From Rhodothermales bacterium (GTDB lineage Bacteria > Bacteroidota > Rhodothermia > Rhodothermales > JABDKH01): 64,000 nucleotides of DNA. Position 1 is the first letter of the stretch; every line of letters begins with the position of its first letter. The notes beneath the pieces were generated by a model. That model saw nothing but the letters and a program-made list of their open reading frames with translations, had not been told where the DNA came from and did not search any database. The DNA is taken from positions 29,494-93,493 of the forward strand of contig CAVYIO010000031.1 of assembly GCA_963768565.1 (NCBI GenBank), read 5' to 3'. Shown here one piece after another: positions 8,964 to 19,093 of the stretch. The position numbers were made by a program, and so were the translations under genes.

Positions 8964-9638
8964 TTGCGCTTCATGTTGTCACGCGCCGCAGGGCTGCTCT
9001 TCGTGCTGTTAGCGATCGTTCCGGTTTCTGCCCTGGCGCAGGGCCGGCCGGTCGGCCCCGGGGACGTGGTCCTGAGTGAGGGTTATGCCGGAGTGTATCC
9101 GGACGTTCTTCGGGGCCGCGTCACTGCCAGCGGTGCGACCTATGACCCCGATCGCCTGTCCGCGTCCCACCGAACGCTGCCCCTCGGCATGCTTGTGCGC
9201 GTAATACGCGAGGAAACAGGTGAGAATGTCGTCGTCCGCATTATTGATCGCGGACCGTATACCGGCGAGCGGGTGATGGATCTCTCGGATGCGGCTGCCG
9301 AAACGCTTGGGATACGCGAGGGGCGAGAGAGCTTTGTGTCTGTCGTAAGAATCGTCAACGCCGATATGGCAGACGACGACCGCGGAATCTCCGATCGAGA
9401 GACCATGAGGGGAGGGTTTACGATTCAACTGGGCTCGTATGCCAGCGAGGTCGCTGCCATGAACGCTCGAGGGCGTGCGGAGAGTGCATGGGTCCATGCG
9501 GTGGACGTCGACGGGCAGACATTCTACCGGTTGAATTTCGGGAGATACGAATCACGCGACGCCGCGGCAGCAGATCTCGAATGGCTGGAGACGAACGGCT
9601 TCTTCGGGTTCGTCAAGAGTCTTCCACAGGGCGCGTAG
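8964..9638 (+). CDS. rlpA: Septal-ring lytic transglycosylase RlpA family protein (DPBB + SPOR domains)
   Basis: Signal peptide. DPBB-like ASGATYDPDRLSASHRTLPLGMLVRV...VRIIDRGPY. C-terminal SPOR-like FTIQLGSYAS...FYRLNFGRYESRDAAAADLEWL. The track start is TTG; ATG at 8973 is an alternative. Confidence 0.85.
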   Translation: MRFMLSRAAGLLFVLLAIVPVSALAQGRPVGPGDVVLSEGYAGVYPDVLRGRVTASGATYDPDRLSASHRTLPLGMLVRVIREETGENVVVRIIDRGPYTGERVMDLSDAAAETLGIREGRESFVSVVRIVNADMADDDRGISDRETMRGGFTIQLGSYASEVAAMNARGRAESAWVHAVDVDGQTFYRLNFGRYESRDAAAADLEWLETNGFFGFVKSLPQGA

Positions 9639-9763
9639 CCGCAGCGCCCGGTTGGCGCCGGCTGTACGGCAACCTCCCGCACGTCGGGTGCCGTTCCCCC
9701 GTTTGCGTCGCCCGAAGCGAAAGCCTAATCTTCATCTTCTCTCGAGAACCAGAGCAAAGAACC

Positions 9764-11395
9764 ATGAAAAGAACGATCGCTTCGGCCTCCATGGTCGTGC
9801 TGATCCTGACGACAGGGTGTAATACGTCGATGGATAAAGCCTCCGAGTCCAAACTTCTGGATAAGTACACCGAGTTCACGTTGACCGCCGACCTGAGCGT
9901 GCTGACGGAGAATCAACGAAAGATGATTCCCCTTCTCATCGACGCGTCGATCGCCATGGACGAGATGTACTGGATGCAGGCCTTCGGAGACAGAGGACAT
10001 CTGCTGCAATCCATCAAGGACCGGAATCTTCGAAGGTTCGCGGAGATCAACTACGGTCCGTGGGATCGCCTGAACGGAAACGCCCCGTTCATCGAAGGGG
10101 CCGGTGAAAAGCCCGCGGGCGCGACGTTCTATCCGCGCGACATGACCGCGGATCAGTTTGAGTTGACCGCGGCAGAAAATCCCGAACTCCGCAGTCTGTA
10201 CACCGTCGTCCGCCGCGACGCCGCCAGCGCGCTCGTGGCCCATCCATACAGCGAGGTGTACTCCGGGCCGTTGTCACATGCGGCATCGAAGCTTCGGGAA
10301 GCTGCTGCGCTTGCCGAAGACCCCGGCTTCAAGAAGTATCTCGAACTGCGAGCCGACGCGTTCGAGACCGACGAGTATCAAGCGAGCGATCTGGCATGGA
10401 TGGACATGAAGACGAACGTCCTTGATGTCGTCATCGGGCCGATCGAAGTGTATGAGGATGAACTCTACAACTACAAGGCAGCAGCCGAATCGTACGTCCT
10501 GATCAAGGATACGGAGTGGAGCAAGCGACTTGCCCGGTATGCAGCTTTCCTGCCGGCTCTGCAAGAAGGTCTGCCGGTACCCGCCGAGTACAAACGTGAA
10601 TCCCCCGGTACGGACTCCGATCTGAACGCCTACGACGCCGTCTTCTATGCCGGACAGGCGAATGCGGGGTCGAAGACGATCGCGATCAATCTGCCCAACG
10701 ACGAGGAAGTGCAGAAATCAAAAGGCTCGAGACGGCTACAGCTCAAGAACGCGATGCGTGCGAAGTTCGACAAGATCCTGGAGCCGATTGCCGACGTGCT
10801 CATCGCCGATGATCAGCGCGGTCACATCACCTTCGACGCGTTCTTCGCCAACACGATGTTTCACGAAGTGGCCCACGGACTCGGCATCAAGGAGACGATT
10901 AACGGACGCGGTACCGTCCGCGGCGCACTGCGCGAGCAGTACTCCGCACTCGAAGAAGGCAAGGCCGATATCCTTGGTCTCTACATGGTCTCGTCACTGA
11001 ACGAGCAGGGAGAGCTAGGCGAGGCAGACTTGATGGATAACCTCGTGACGTTCATGGCCGGCATCTTCCGGTCGGTTCGCTTCGGCGCATCGAGCTCTCA
11101 TGGAAAAGCGAACATGATTCGCTTCAACTTCTTTGAGGAAATGGGTGCGTTTTCGCGAGACGAGACGACGGGTAAGTATCGAGTGGATCCAGAGAAGCTT
11201 CAGGCGGCAACAGATGCTCTGACCGAACGCATCCTCCGGATCCAGGGAGATGGTGACTACGAAGGTGGCAAAGCATTTGTCGAGGAATACGGCGTGATCG
11301 GAGATCAACTGCAGGCTGACCTCGATCGACTCGCTGAAGCAGGCATTCCGGTTGATGTGGTCTTCCGGCAAGGCGTGGAGGTGCTGGGTCTCTGA
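9764..11395 (+). CDS. Dipeptidyl-peptidase III-like (M49-related) zinc metallopeptidase lipoprotein with a pentapeptide HExxH site
   Basis: Internal ATG of track ORF 9488..11395 gives the lipoprotein signal MKRTIASASMVVLILTTGC. Zinc motifs MFHEVAHGLG and EEGKADILG resemble the HExxH / EExxAD variant of bacterial DPP III-like enzymes. Confidence 0.6.
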   Translation: MKRTIASASMVVLILTTGCNTSMDKASESKLLDKYTEFTLTADLSVLTENQRKMIPLLIDASIAMDEMYWMQAFGDRGHLLQSIKDRNLRRFAEINYGPWDRLNGNAPFIEGAGEKPAGATFYPRDMTADQFELTAAENPELRSLYTVVRRDAASALVAHPYSEVYSGPLSHAASKLREAAALAEDPGFKKYLELRADAFETDEYQASDLAWMDMKTNVLDVVIGPIEVYEDELYNYKAAAESYVLIKDTEWSKRLARYAAFLPALQEGLPVPAEYKRESPGTDSDLNAYDAVFYAGQANAGSKTIAINLPNDEEVQKSKGSRRLQLKNAMRAKFDKILEPIADVLIADDQRGHITFDAFFANTMFHEVAHGLGIKETINGRGTVRGALREQYSALEEGKADILGLYMVSSLNEQGELGEADLMDNLVTFMAGIFRSVRFGASSSHGKANMIRFNFFEEMGAFSRDETTGKYRVDPEKLQAATDALTERILRIQGDGDYEGGKAFVEEYGVIGDQLQADLDRLAEAGIPVDVVFRQGVEVLGL

Positions 11396-11604
11396 CCGTC
11401 TGTTTTGCCTCCGCCGGTAGCAGATAGTTCGCTACTGCGTGCAAATGGCGTCTGAGTTGGACGGGCGGTTCGCATGAACACAACCTCAGGAGTTGCCGGC
11501 ACGACGTCGCTTCAGGACGTCCAGGTCGAGTATCGTCAGTCAAAGTAACCAGCCACACCTGTGAGTCATCGACGCGCACAGGAAACACCACGGTGATTTT
11601 TCTG

Positions 11605-12030
11605 ATGGACCCCGAAGCACTCCAATTTCCGGTTCTCGCACTCGCCCAGGACGGCTCCATCGTTCCCGTCGACTCGCTGGCAACACTCCGACAATGCAAC
11701 GCCACCGCGTTCTGGCGGAATCACTACTACGACGGAATGGTGATCATCGACGCCGATGAGAAGACCTGGCACGTCACGCAGGCACTGCCCATTCTTCCGG
11801 CAGGCACCGTTGGACGCGCGATGGCCCGCCTGGTAAATGGCAAGGTACAGGTCCACCTGGTGTTGGAGCCTGATACGGGACCCGATGGCCTTGCGATGGC
11901 GAAGTCGCGGGTTAGCCGGTGGATGGATCGCGACGGTGACTTCTGGGAGGCGTCAACTGATCTGGACGAATGGAAGGCGCGCGTGAACGCGTGTCCGACG
12001 ATGCATGTACTCGTCGAACTCTTCCGATAG
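11605..12030 (+). CDS. Hypothetical cytoplasmic protein
   Basis: Track ORF 11593..12030; first ATG gives MDPEALQFPVLALAQDGS.... The amino-acid composition looks protein-like, but I recognised no family. Confidence 0.45.
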   Translation: MDPEALQFPVLALAQDGSIVPVDSLATLRQCNATAFWRNHYYDGMVIIDADEKTWHVTQALPILPAGTVGRAMARLVNGKVQVHLVLEPDTGPDGLAMAKSRVSRWMDRDGDFWEASTDLDEWKARVNACPTMHVLVELFR

Positions 12031-12090
12031 TTTTTCCGGCGCCGTCGTGGCGAGTCTGGCTTTCGTGCGCACCACCGAACTCCGTGGTTG

Positions 12091-12591
12091 TCAGTCGTAC
12101 TTCATGGACTCGTGGCCCAGTATCCGTCTGAGCAGCGCAATCTGGCCAATGTGGTATGCCTCATGGTGCATCAGAAATGCGAGCATGCCCTCGTAGGTGT
12201 CGTCCCCGATCGGCATCCGTGCGGGCGCAGGACCGTTGAGCACGTTCTCCGGCATCCGGGAAAGGCCCGTACTGATCTGATCTGAAATCTCGTTCCAGAG
12301 CGCACGAATCTGATCGAGCGAAGGGTAGTCGATGTTGTCGCGGAGGCTTTTACCGTGGGCGAAAAGCTCTGCGTATGGGTCCGAACGATCGATGTCGGCG
12401 ACGTCCTTCAGGCTGAACCGAGTCGTGGTAAGGTGGCCTGCAAGCCACTTGATGTTATTGATGTTGCGGGCGGGTCGCCTGTTCGCCTCCTGATCGGACA
12501 GGCCGTCCAGTACGTTGTTGAAGAGCTTCGTGTGCAGGTCGAACTGCGCGATGAGCGCGCAAGTGACGGGTGATTCGACGGCGGTTTGCAT
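12091..12591 (-). CDS. DinB-family (DinB_2-like) metal-dependent protein
   Basis: C-terminal 166 aa of track ORF 12091..13065, starting MQTAVESPV.... Contains WLAGHL...HHEAYHIGQIALLRR His motifs typical of the DinB four-helix bundle. Confidence 0.8.
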   Translation of the reverse strand: MQTAVESPVTCALIAQFDLHTKLFNNVLDGLSDQEANRRPARNINNIKWLAGHLTTTRFSLKDVADIDRSDPYAELFAHGKSLRDNIDYPSLDQIRALWNEISDQISTGLSRMPENVLNGPAPARMPIGDDTYEGMLAFLMHHEAYHIGQIALLRRILGHESMKYD

Positions 12592-12969
12592 GATCGTAAC
12601 CTCATGCTGACAGAATGGACATGACAGTTGAGAGCATAGCCCCGGCGCCCCGCAACGGCTGACGTGCTGTTGGATATTTATCGGGTAGTCGAGTTGCTCG
12701 ATGTGATGCCGGGGAACTCCCGATTGACGACCCGGTCGCCCACAGCGTCCGCTGCACCCTGTGCCGTCGAATCCCGCATGACCGTCGAGGTGTATTCGGC
12801 TCGCAAAACAATTACCTTGACCTCCGCGAGAGCAAGACTCCTTCGGGGTTTTCAGTCGTACCTGCTGTTGAAGGTCGGCGTGCCGAATGTCGCGGTCTCT
12901 CTTTCTCCGCCCGCGGCACCCCTCGCACACCCATGACGGTTTGATCAACCTCCTCACTTCAGGTCGAGA

Positions 12970-15307
12970 ATGGACGAACCCTATTCGCAATTGCCCGGAC
13001 AGTCCAGCGATGCTTTGATCGGTCGGACCATTGGTCCGTATCGAATTGACGATCGCATTGGGCACGGCGGAATGGGCATTGTATACGGCGCCGAGGATAC
13101 GCGTCTCGGACGCAGGGTCGCCCTCAAGTTTCTACCGGAAGAATTGACCTTCAATCCGGATGCGACCAGGAGATTTCTGACCGAGGCCCGCGCCGCGGCA
13201 GCACTCAACCATCCGAACATCTGCACACTGCACGACATAGGGCGGTCCGACGAAGGTCGGACGTATCTCGTGATGGAGTGCGTTGACGGCCGCACTCTCC
13301 GAAGCATTCTGGACGACGGTGTAGTCGAACCTACGGAAGCGATCGTAATTGCCACGCAGATTGCCGAAGGACTCGAACGGGCCCATGAGGCCGGGATTGT
13401 GCACCGGGACCTCAAACCCGCCAATGTCATGATCACCTCGCGCCAACAGGTGAAGCTATTGGACTTTGGCCTTGCGAAGCTTAGTGCGCCCCAGGACCTG
13501 ACGAAGGTTGGAACGACGATGGGCACGGTAGCCTACATGAGTCCCGAGCAATCAACGGGCGAGCCGGTTGATCATCGTACGGATATCTGGTCGCTGGGAG
13601 TTGTTTTGTACGAGATCCTTGCAGGCCGAAAGCCATTCACCGGAGACTTTGATGTCGCCACGACCTACGAGATTCTGAATGTCGATCCGCCTCCCGTCGC
13701 TCATGTAAATTCGGCCGTCTCGACCGGGCTTTCGAATCTTGTGGAACAGATGATGGCAAAGGATCGGGACCAGAGAACGCAGAGGATGAGCGATGTCGTG
13801 GCATCCTTGCGATCTTCGACCGGAGCAGCGGCGCCGCCTCGTGTGCCGGAGTTGTCCAGTCGCGATCCGCTGGATCTACGTAGCGACGGCTTGTCTGCAC
13901 TGAAACAGGGAAAATGGCGCGAGGCCCATGTGGCGCTATCAGCCTCGGATTCCGCACGAGCTTTCTCGGACGCCGAGAATCTCGAGGCACTCTCGGATGC
14001 CGCGTGGTGGACGGGCGATATGAAGAGCGCGTTGTCCGCGCGGGAACGGGCCGTCGCCGCGTACATCACTCGCGGTGAGACACAACGGGCTGGCTTGCTC
14101 GCCCTCAGGAACGCGGAGGACTATTCCTTTTATCAAAAAGCAGATTCGGTTGCCAGGGGTTGGTATGCGCGAGCTGCGCGATTGATTGCCGACGAATCCG
14201 ACTCGATCGCTTTCGGTTATCTCCAGCGCTTCCACACGGTGGTGGCTTTGAAACGAGGAGAGTTTGACGAAGCGCTATCGATCGCAAAGGACGCGCATCG
14301 TATCGGAAAGCTTCACGGAGATGTCGAACTGCAGGCGCTGGCTCTCCAGGATCAGGGACGAATACTTATCGCGCTCGGCGATGTTGCTGCAGGCCTTCCG
14401 TTGATCGACGAAGCGATGGCATCCGCAGTGTCCGGCTCGCTCTCCTTGTTGACGACAGGAAAGCTCTACTGCAACATGATGGACACGTGCGAACGGCTGT
14501 CTGATTATGACCGGGCCAGCCAGTGGAGTGAATCTGGAATACAGTGGTGTGAAAGCAATACGGAGTCGGTGTTTCCCTGGAATTTGCCGCGTCTATCGCG
14601 CAAAAGTGCTGGGCTTGCGTGGTGATTGGCGAGCGGCGCACTCCGAGGCCCGGAAGGCATCCGAGGAGTTGAAGAGCTGGCTGCCCATCGCGGGCGAAGC
14701 CTGGTATCAAATCGGAGAGATCCGTCTCCGTCAGGGTGAACTGGACCTTGCCGAGGTAGCCTTCGAACAGGCCCATGAACTTGGCCGCGAACCATTTCCG
14801 GGAATCGCCGAGCTACGACGACTTCAAGGAGAGCCGGGACAGGCCAGGTCTTTGATGGATGTGGCGCTATCAGGTCGGTCGTTGGATGATCCTGCGCGGG
14901 CGAGCCTTCTTCCTACGCGCATTCTGATCGCGATCGATTTGCAGGACCTGGAATCGGCAGCAGCTGATCTGGATCTCCTGGCCGACATCGCCAGTCGCTA
15001 TCCGTCGCTGGTGCTCTCGGCAACCATTTCGGAACTGCGTGCGTCGGTGTCGCTGGCAAGTCTTGATCTCGATACAGCCGTAACGTTAGCGCGCGATGCG
15101 ATCCGCGACTGGTCATCCGTCGGGTTTCCCTATGAGACGGCGCGATGCAGACTGACGCTTGCGCGCTCCTACCTGGCAACGGGCTCTCTCCCGTCGGCGC
15201 AACTTGAACTTGGATCCGCTAAATCTGCCTTCACCCGCCTCGGCGCAAATGCCCGGGTTGCGGAAGTGCAAGAGTTGCTGACCAGAGCCGCGCAGCCGCC
15301 CAAATGA
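12970..15307 (+). CDS. Ser/Thr protein kinase fused to a long TPR-like helical-repeat region; frame broken once (track ORFs 12970..14625 and 14507..15307)
   Basis: Kinase motifs GHGGMGIVY, VALK, HRDLKPANV, DFGLAK, MSPEQ. The C-terminal helical repeats continue seamlessly in the +1 frame (..ESNTESVFP / GICRVYRAKVLGLRGDW..) at the TTTCCC run 14572-14577. Confidence 0.8.
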
Positions 15308-15707
15308 GAACGGGGTTTAGTCGTGATTCGGCTCCTGGTCGTCCCGGGTCTGTCCAAACCGCTAACGCCCTCATTCGCGTAGAATCTCCCGGGTATCTTC
15401 GACGTCCATCTTCAAGAACTGACAAGGTCCTGAGGGAGCACCGCCACGCGATTCGTAGATTCGCCTTTTGATCATAGCTCTACATCGGGTGGAATGCACA
15501 TGGAGTTCGCGCTTGGCGCTGACGGAACGGCGGAGGCCATGATTCACGATCTCGATTTCATGCCGAACCCTCTCCGCGCATGGGTCCCTTGCCGAAGGAA
15601 TGGACGCGCTGTATACCTCCGCAGGGGGGATGACGCTGCAGTTCCTGTACCAACTGAATCGGACCGCAAGCTGACACGAGAACAATCAATACGGCAGGTG
15701 AACCGGG

Positions 15708-16143
15708 ATGGCTGGTAAAAGAGCAGACAGGCTACGAGAGCAAACGGGCATCAACATTTTCGTGGCGGCTATCGTGAGCTCGCTACTTCTCGCTACAGGA
15801 ACTGGCTGCAAGCCGAAGGAGATTCTCTCCGAGACAAAGTCTGGAGTTGGCACACGATTCCGTGAAACCCGATCGATGCGTGGCCGCGAACACTCCGGTG
15901 GAACTGGAGGTAACGGAGTTTGAAGAGAACAGGATGATCCGGATCGTTGCCGATGATCACGGAGCAATCTGGGACACCGTGTTCAGCGTAAATGAGGTCG
16001 ACGGAGTGACGACCCTGGCGCTGGTCATGGATGCAAGGCCACACACGCTGCTCTCCAGACTTCTGACTCCCATGATGAAGGGCATGATCGTGTCTGCGCT
16101 GAAGAAGGACATGGACGCTGTCAAGAACTACTGTGAAAAATAA
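15708..16143 (+). pseudogene. SRPBCC (START/polyketide-cyclase-like) gene remnant with several frame changes
   Basis: ORF 15847..16143 encodes a C-terminal SRPBCC-like part (ELEVTEFEENRMIRIVADDHGAIWDTVFSV...). The preceding conserved GVGTRFRETRSMRG segment is in another frame (ORF 15708..15923). Further upstream pieces appear in a third frame. Confidence 0.4.
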
Positions 16144-16747
16144 CGGCGTTGAGTTGATCGAAGTAGACGAAACCGATTCCGGCCATGCGCAAGGCGGCTT
16201 CGCGCGAGGTCGCATCGCGATAAATGCAGGCGGGCGGCACGGTGCCTGCGTCCTCCAGTCCATCGCCGTGACCCTGCTTTTCCTGGTAGCCGTAACAGCC
16301 TGTAGGCCACAGGAGGACCCCCCGGACGTACTACTGGACGCCGAAGATGCAAAGACGGAACGCACGGTGACCATCTATCGGACAGATGAGGCCGGTATTC
16401 AAACCGACTGCGGGGCGGTGGTTAAGGAAGATTGGGCCGTGCCCGAACCCCCGCCGACCGATCTCCCGTCGGCAGCCGTCCGCGAAGTATTGCGGGACGT
16501 GTTGCCGGCAGCCGGTCTTCATCCTCCGGGGACTTTGCCACTGTTGGATTATTTCCGTGGCGTCGTCATTCGAGATGGCGTGGGGATCCTGGCGTTCGAG
16601 GGCGATGCGCTGCGCTATCTCAACAATGCAGCGTGTGCACAGATGGCGGTCAAGGCGCCGATGGTTCGCACGCTTCTTGCGTTCCCGGGTGTGTCGGCAG
16701 TCGAGTTTGAGATCGATGGCCAGATATACCGCGACTGGGATGCCTAG
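16133..16747 (+). CDS. GerMN-domain lipoprotein
   Basis: Lipobox LFLVAVTAC, then TVTIYRTDE...REVLRDVL...GVGILAFEGDALRYL...MVRTLLAFPGVSAVEFEIDGQ, typical of GerMN. The start codon is uncertain: the track start is a GTG far upstream of the signal peptide. Confidence 0.55.
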   Translation: MKNNGVELIEVDETDSGHAQGGFARGRIAINAGGRHGACVLQSIAVTLLFLVAVTACRPQEDPPDVLLDAEDAKTERTVTIYRTDEAGIQTDCGAVVKEDWAVPEPPPTDLPSAAVREVLRDVLPAAGLHPPGTLPLLDYFRGVVIRDGVGILAFEGDALRYLNNAACAQMAVKAPMVRTLLAFPGVSAVEFEIDGQIYRDWDA

Positions 16748-16864
16748 GTAGTTCGTGATCGGGTCTCGAACGTTGACACGAGTACATTCTCCGCAGTGAG
16801 TTTCTTTGCGCCCCGGTTTCTGTCGCCGGTCTTCCGGACGGGATCCGAAATGGACCGACAATCC

Positions 16865-19093
16865 TCAGGCAAGCGCGCTCTCTTCACCCGAGTCGAGGAT
16901 AAACAGGCAACTTGAACTTGTCTCTCCGACCATGCGACGGATAAATGCGAAGTCGGGGTCTGCCGACAGGCCGAAGATGTTGAGGTCCGCTTGCGGTGCA
17001 TCCGCCACGTAGTTGTTGAACGCGCCCCGCGCGACGATCACTTCTGTGCTGGGTAGTCGAGCGAGGTCCATTACCTGACTCATGAACTCGCGTGCGTTGT
17101 GCTCCTCATGTTCGTTCTCAATAACCGTGATAAGCCGGAGGTGCGCTCCCCAGTTGAGTTTCAGTTTGTAGGCGGTGAGAATGGACAGGTCGAGATTTCC
17201 GATATCCCACCGGAGCCGCCAGTCAGGACTGCGATCGCGAATCCATACGTTGACGGCCTGGCGCTGACCGAGTCTGGCTACCGGATGGGGCGCATGGAGG
17301 AGGACGCCGAGCTTCAGTGTTGTCGCATTACGGATAATCTTCCTGTAGATCGCCTCGCGATCATCGGACTCCGGCAGCGGGAGGAAGATGATATTCGGAC
17401 GAAAGAAGGCGCCCTTCAGAACCTGGAGTCCGGTGATCAGGATGTCCTCGTACGTGCCGCTATCGACGACCGTAGCCGACGCAAACACGCCATGTTCGCG
17501 GAACGCCCGGGCCAGCGTTGAGAGTCGGCCGCCCAGTCCGTCGGCCGCTCCGGGTGGCGTAATGCCCAGCAGCTTGACGGAGCCTTTCGGATGGCAGATG
17601 TTCTGGATCAGCATGAATGCGCCGCGCAACGCGTTCGGATTTTCAACGGGCACCAGAAGATTGGGCTTCCACGCGCGCTCCTGCGTAGCCGGCATTTCCG
17701 CCACCTTCTTTGCCGCCCACTCCGCGAACGCCACGAACAACCCGCTACGCACATCCTCGAACGGGGCGTCAAGTCGCCGCCGGGCAAGCCAGCCGTAGAA
17801 CCCGATCACGACAGCAACCGACATCAGGCTGATGGTCGGATTGATGATGAACATCACAAAGACGGATCCGATGAGGCCGATCCACGGGACGACGGATGGT
17901 ACGCGCAGGAGCGGTCGGAAGCTGACGAGGCCGAGGCCTTGCTCGATCAGCACCACGACGTTCAGCATCGCATAGGTGATGAGGAAGAACATCGTGATGA
18001 GCGGGGCGATCGCATTCAGGTCCCGCAACAAGAGCGAGGCAAACACGATGCCGCCCGTGACGAGCATGGCGTTGCGCGGCTCCCCCGATGTTGTAAGCGC
18101 TCCGAGCCATGTGCTGCCGGGCAGGATACGATGGTTGCCCATCGCCTGGAGAATGCGACCCGCACCTACCATCGATGCGAGCGCCGACGAGAACGTGGCC
18201 CCGAACAGTCCGGCGATAACGGGCGGTCCCCATGCAGCCTTGTCAATGATCACAAAGTAATTTCCGACCAGCTCTTCAGGTGTTGCCGAGCGTGCGAGCC
18301 AGTAGGCGATCAGCACGTATATCACGAAACTGACGCCGATGGCCGCCATCGTTCCGATCGGAATGCTGCGACGCGGATCCTTGAGGTCGCCCGACATGTT
18401 CGCGCCGGCCATGATGCCGGTGGCTGCCGGGAAGAAAACGGCAAACACGATCCAGAACGTGGTGCCCGAGAACGCATTCTCAATCGAGCCCGGGAAAGTC
18501 CCCCACAGGCCCACGTTCTCCACATCATACTGCATGGACCCCTGCGCGGCTGCGACTGCAATGGAGACTAGCGAACCGACGATAATCGCCATGATGACAA
18601 ACTGAGTCTTTATCGCCAGATCCGCACTCTTGTACGCGATTCCCCAGAGAACAAGGAAGATGACGATGTCGACCAGGAAGGCGTTGTGACCAGGAAATAC
18701 CCACAGCCAGCCCTCGCGAAAACCGAAAATGTACAGAGTGATCGCGAGCGCCTGCGAGACGTAGCGCGGGATGCCGAGGCTGCCGCCCACCTCCAATCCC
18801 AGTGACTGGGAAACGATGGCGTATGCCCCACCCGAACCGATGCGGATATTCGTCGTGATCGACGACATGGACAGGCCGGTGCAGGTCGTGATCAGAAATG
18901 CGAGCGAGATGATGAGCAGCCCGCCGAGGATGCCCGCGTTGCCTATGACCCACCCCTCGCGCAGGTACATGATTACGCCAAGGATCGTCAGAAGCGTCGG
19001 CGTAAACACTCCGCCGAACGTCCCGAACTTCTTGCGCTCGGGCGCCAGTCCGTCCTTACCAGGCGCCAGGAAGTCCTTTTTGATCTCAGCCAT
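16865..19093 (-). CDS. SLC12/cation-chloride-cotransporter-like permease (APC superfamily) with a large cytoplasmic C-terminal domain
   Basis: 742 aa. N-terminus KFGTFGGVFTPTLLTILGVIMYLREGWVIGNAG and ~12 hydrophobic segments, followed by a ~270-aa soluble tail, as in SLC12 family members. Confidence 0.8.
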   Translation of the reverse strand: MAEIKKDFLAPGKDGLAPERKKFGTFGGVFTPTLLTILGVIMYLREGWVIGNAGILGGLLIISLAFLITTCTGLSMSSITTNIRIGSGGAYAIVSQSLGLEVGGSLGIPRYVSQALAITLYIFGFREGWLWVFPGHNAFLVDIVIFLVLWGIAYKSADLAIKTQFVIMAIIVGSLVSIAVAAAQGSMQYDVENVGLWGTFPGSIENAFSGTTFWIVFAVFFPAATGIMAGANMSGDLKDPRRSIPIGTMAAIGVSFVIYVLIAYWLARSATPEELVGNYFVIIDKAAWGPPVIAGLFGATFSSALASMVGAGRILQAMGNHRILPGSTWLGALTTSGEPRNAMLVTGGIVFASLLLRDLNAIAPLITMFFLITYAMLNVVVLIEQGLGLVSFRPLLRVPSVVPWIGLIGSVFVMFIINPTISLMSVAVVIGFYGWLARRRLDAPFEDVRSGLFVAFAEWAAKKVAEMPATQERAWKPNLLVPVENPNALRGAFMLIQNICHPKGSVKLLGITPPGAADGLGGRLSTLARAFREHGVFASATVVDSGTYEDILITGLQVLKGAFFRPNIIFLPLPESDDREAIYRKIIRNATTLKLGVLLHAPHPVARLGQRQAVNVWIRDRSPDWRLRWDIGNLDLSILTAYKLKLNWGAHLRLITVIENEHEEHNAREFMSQVMDLARLPSTEVIVARGAFNNYVADAPQADLNIFGLSADPDFAFIRRMVGETSSSCLFILDSGEESALA

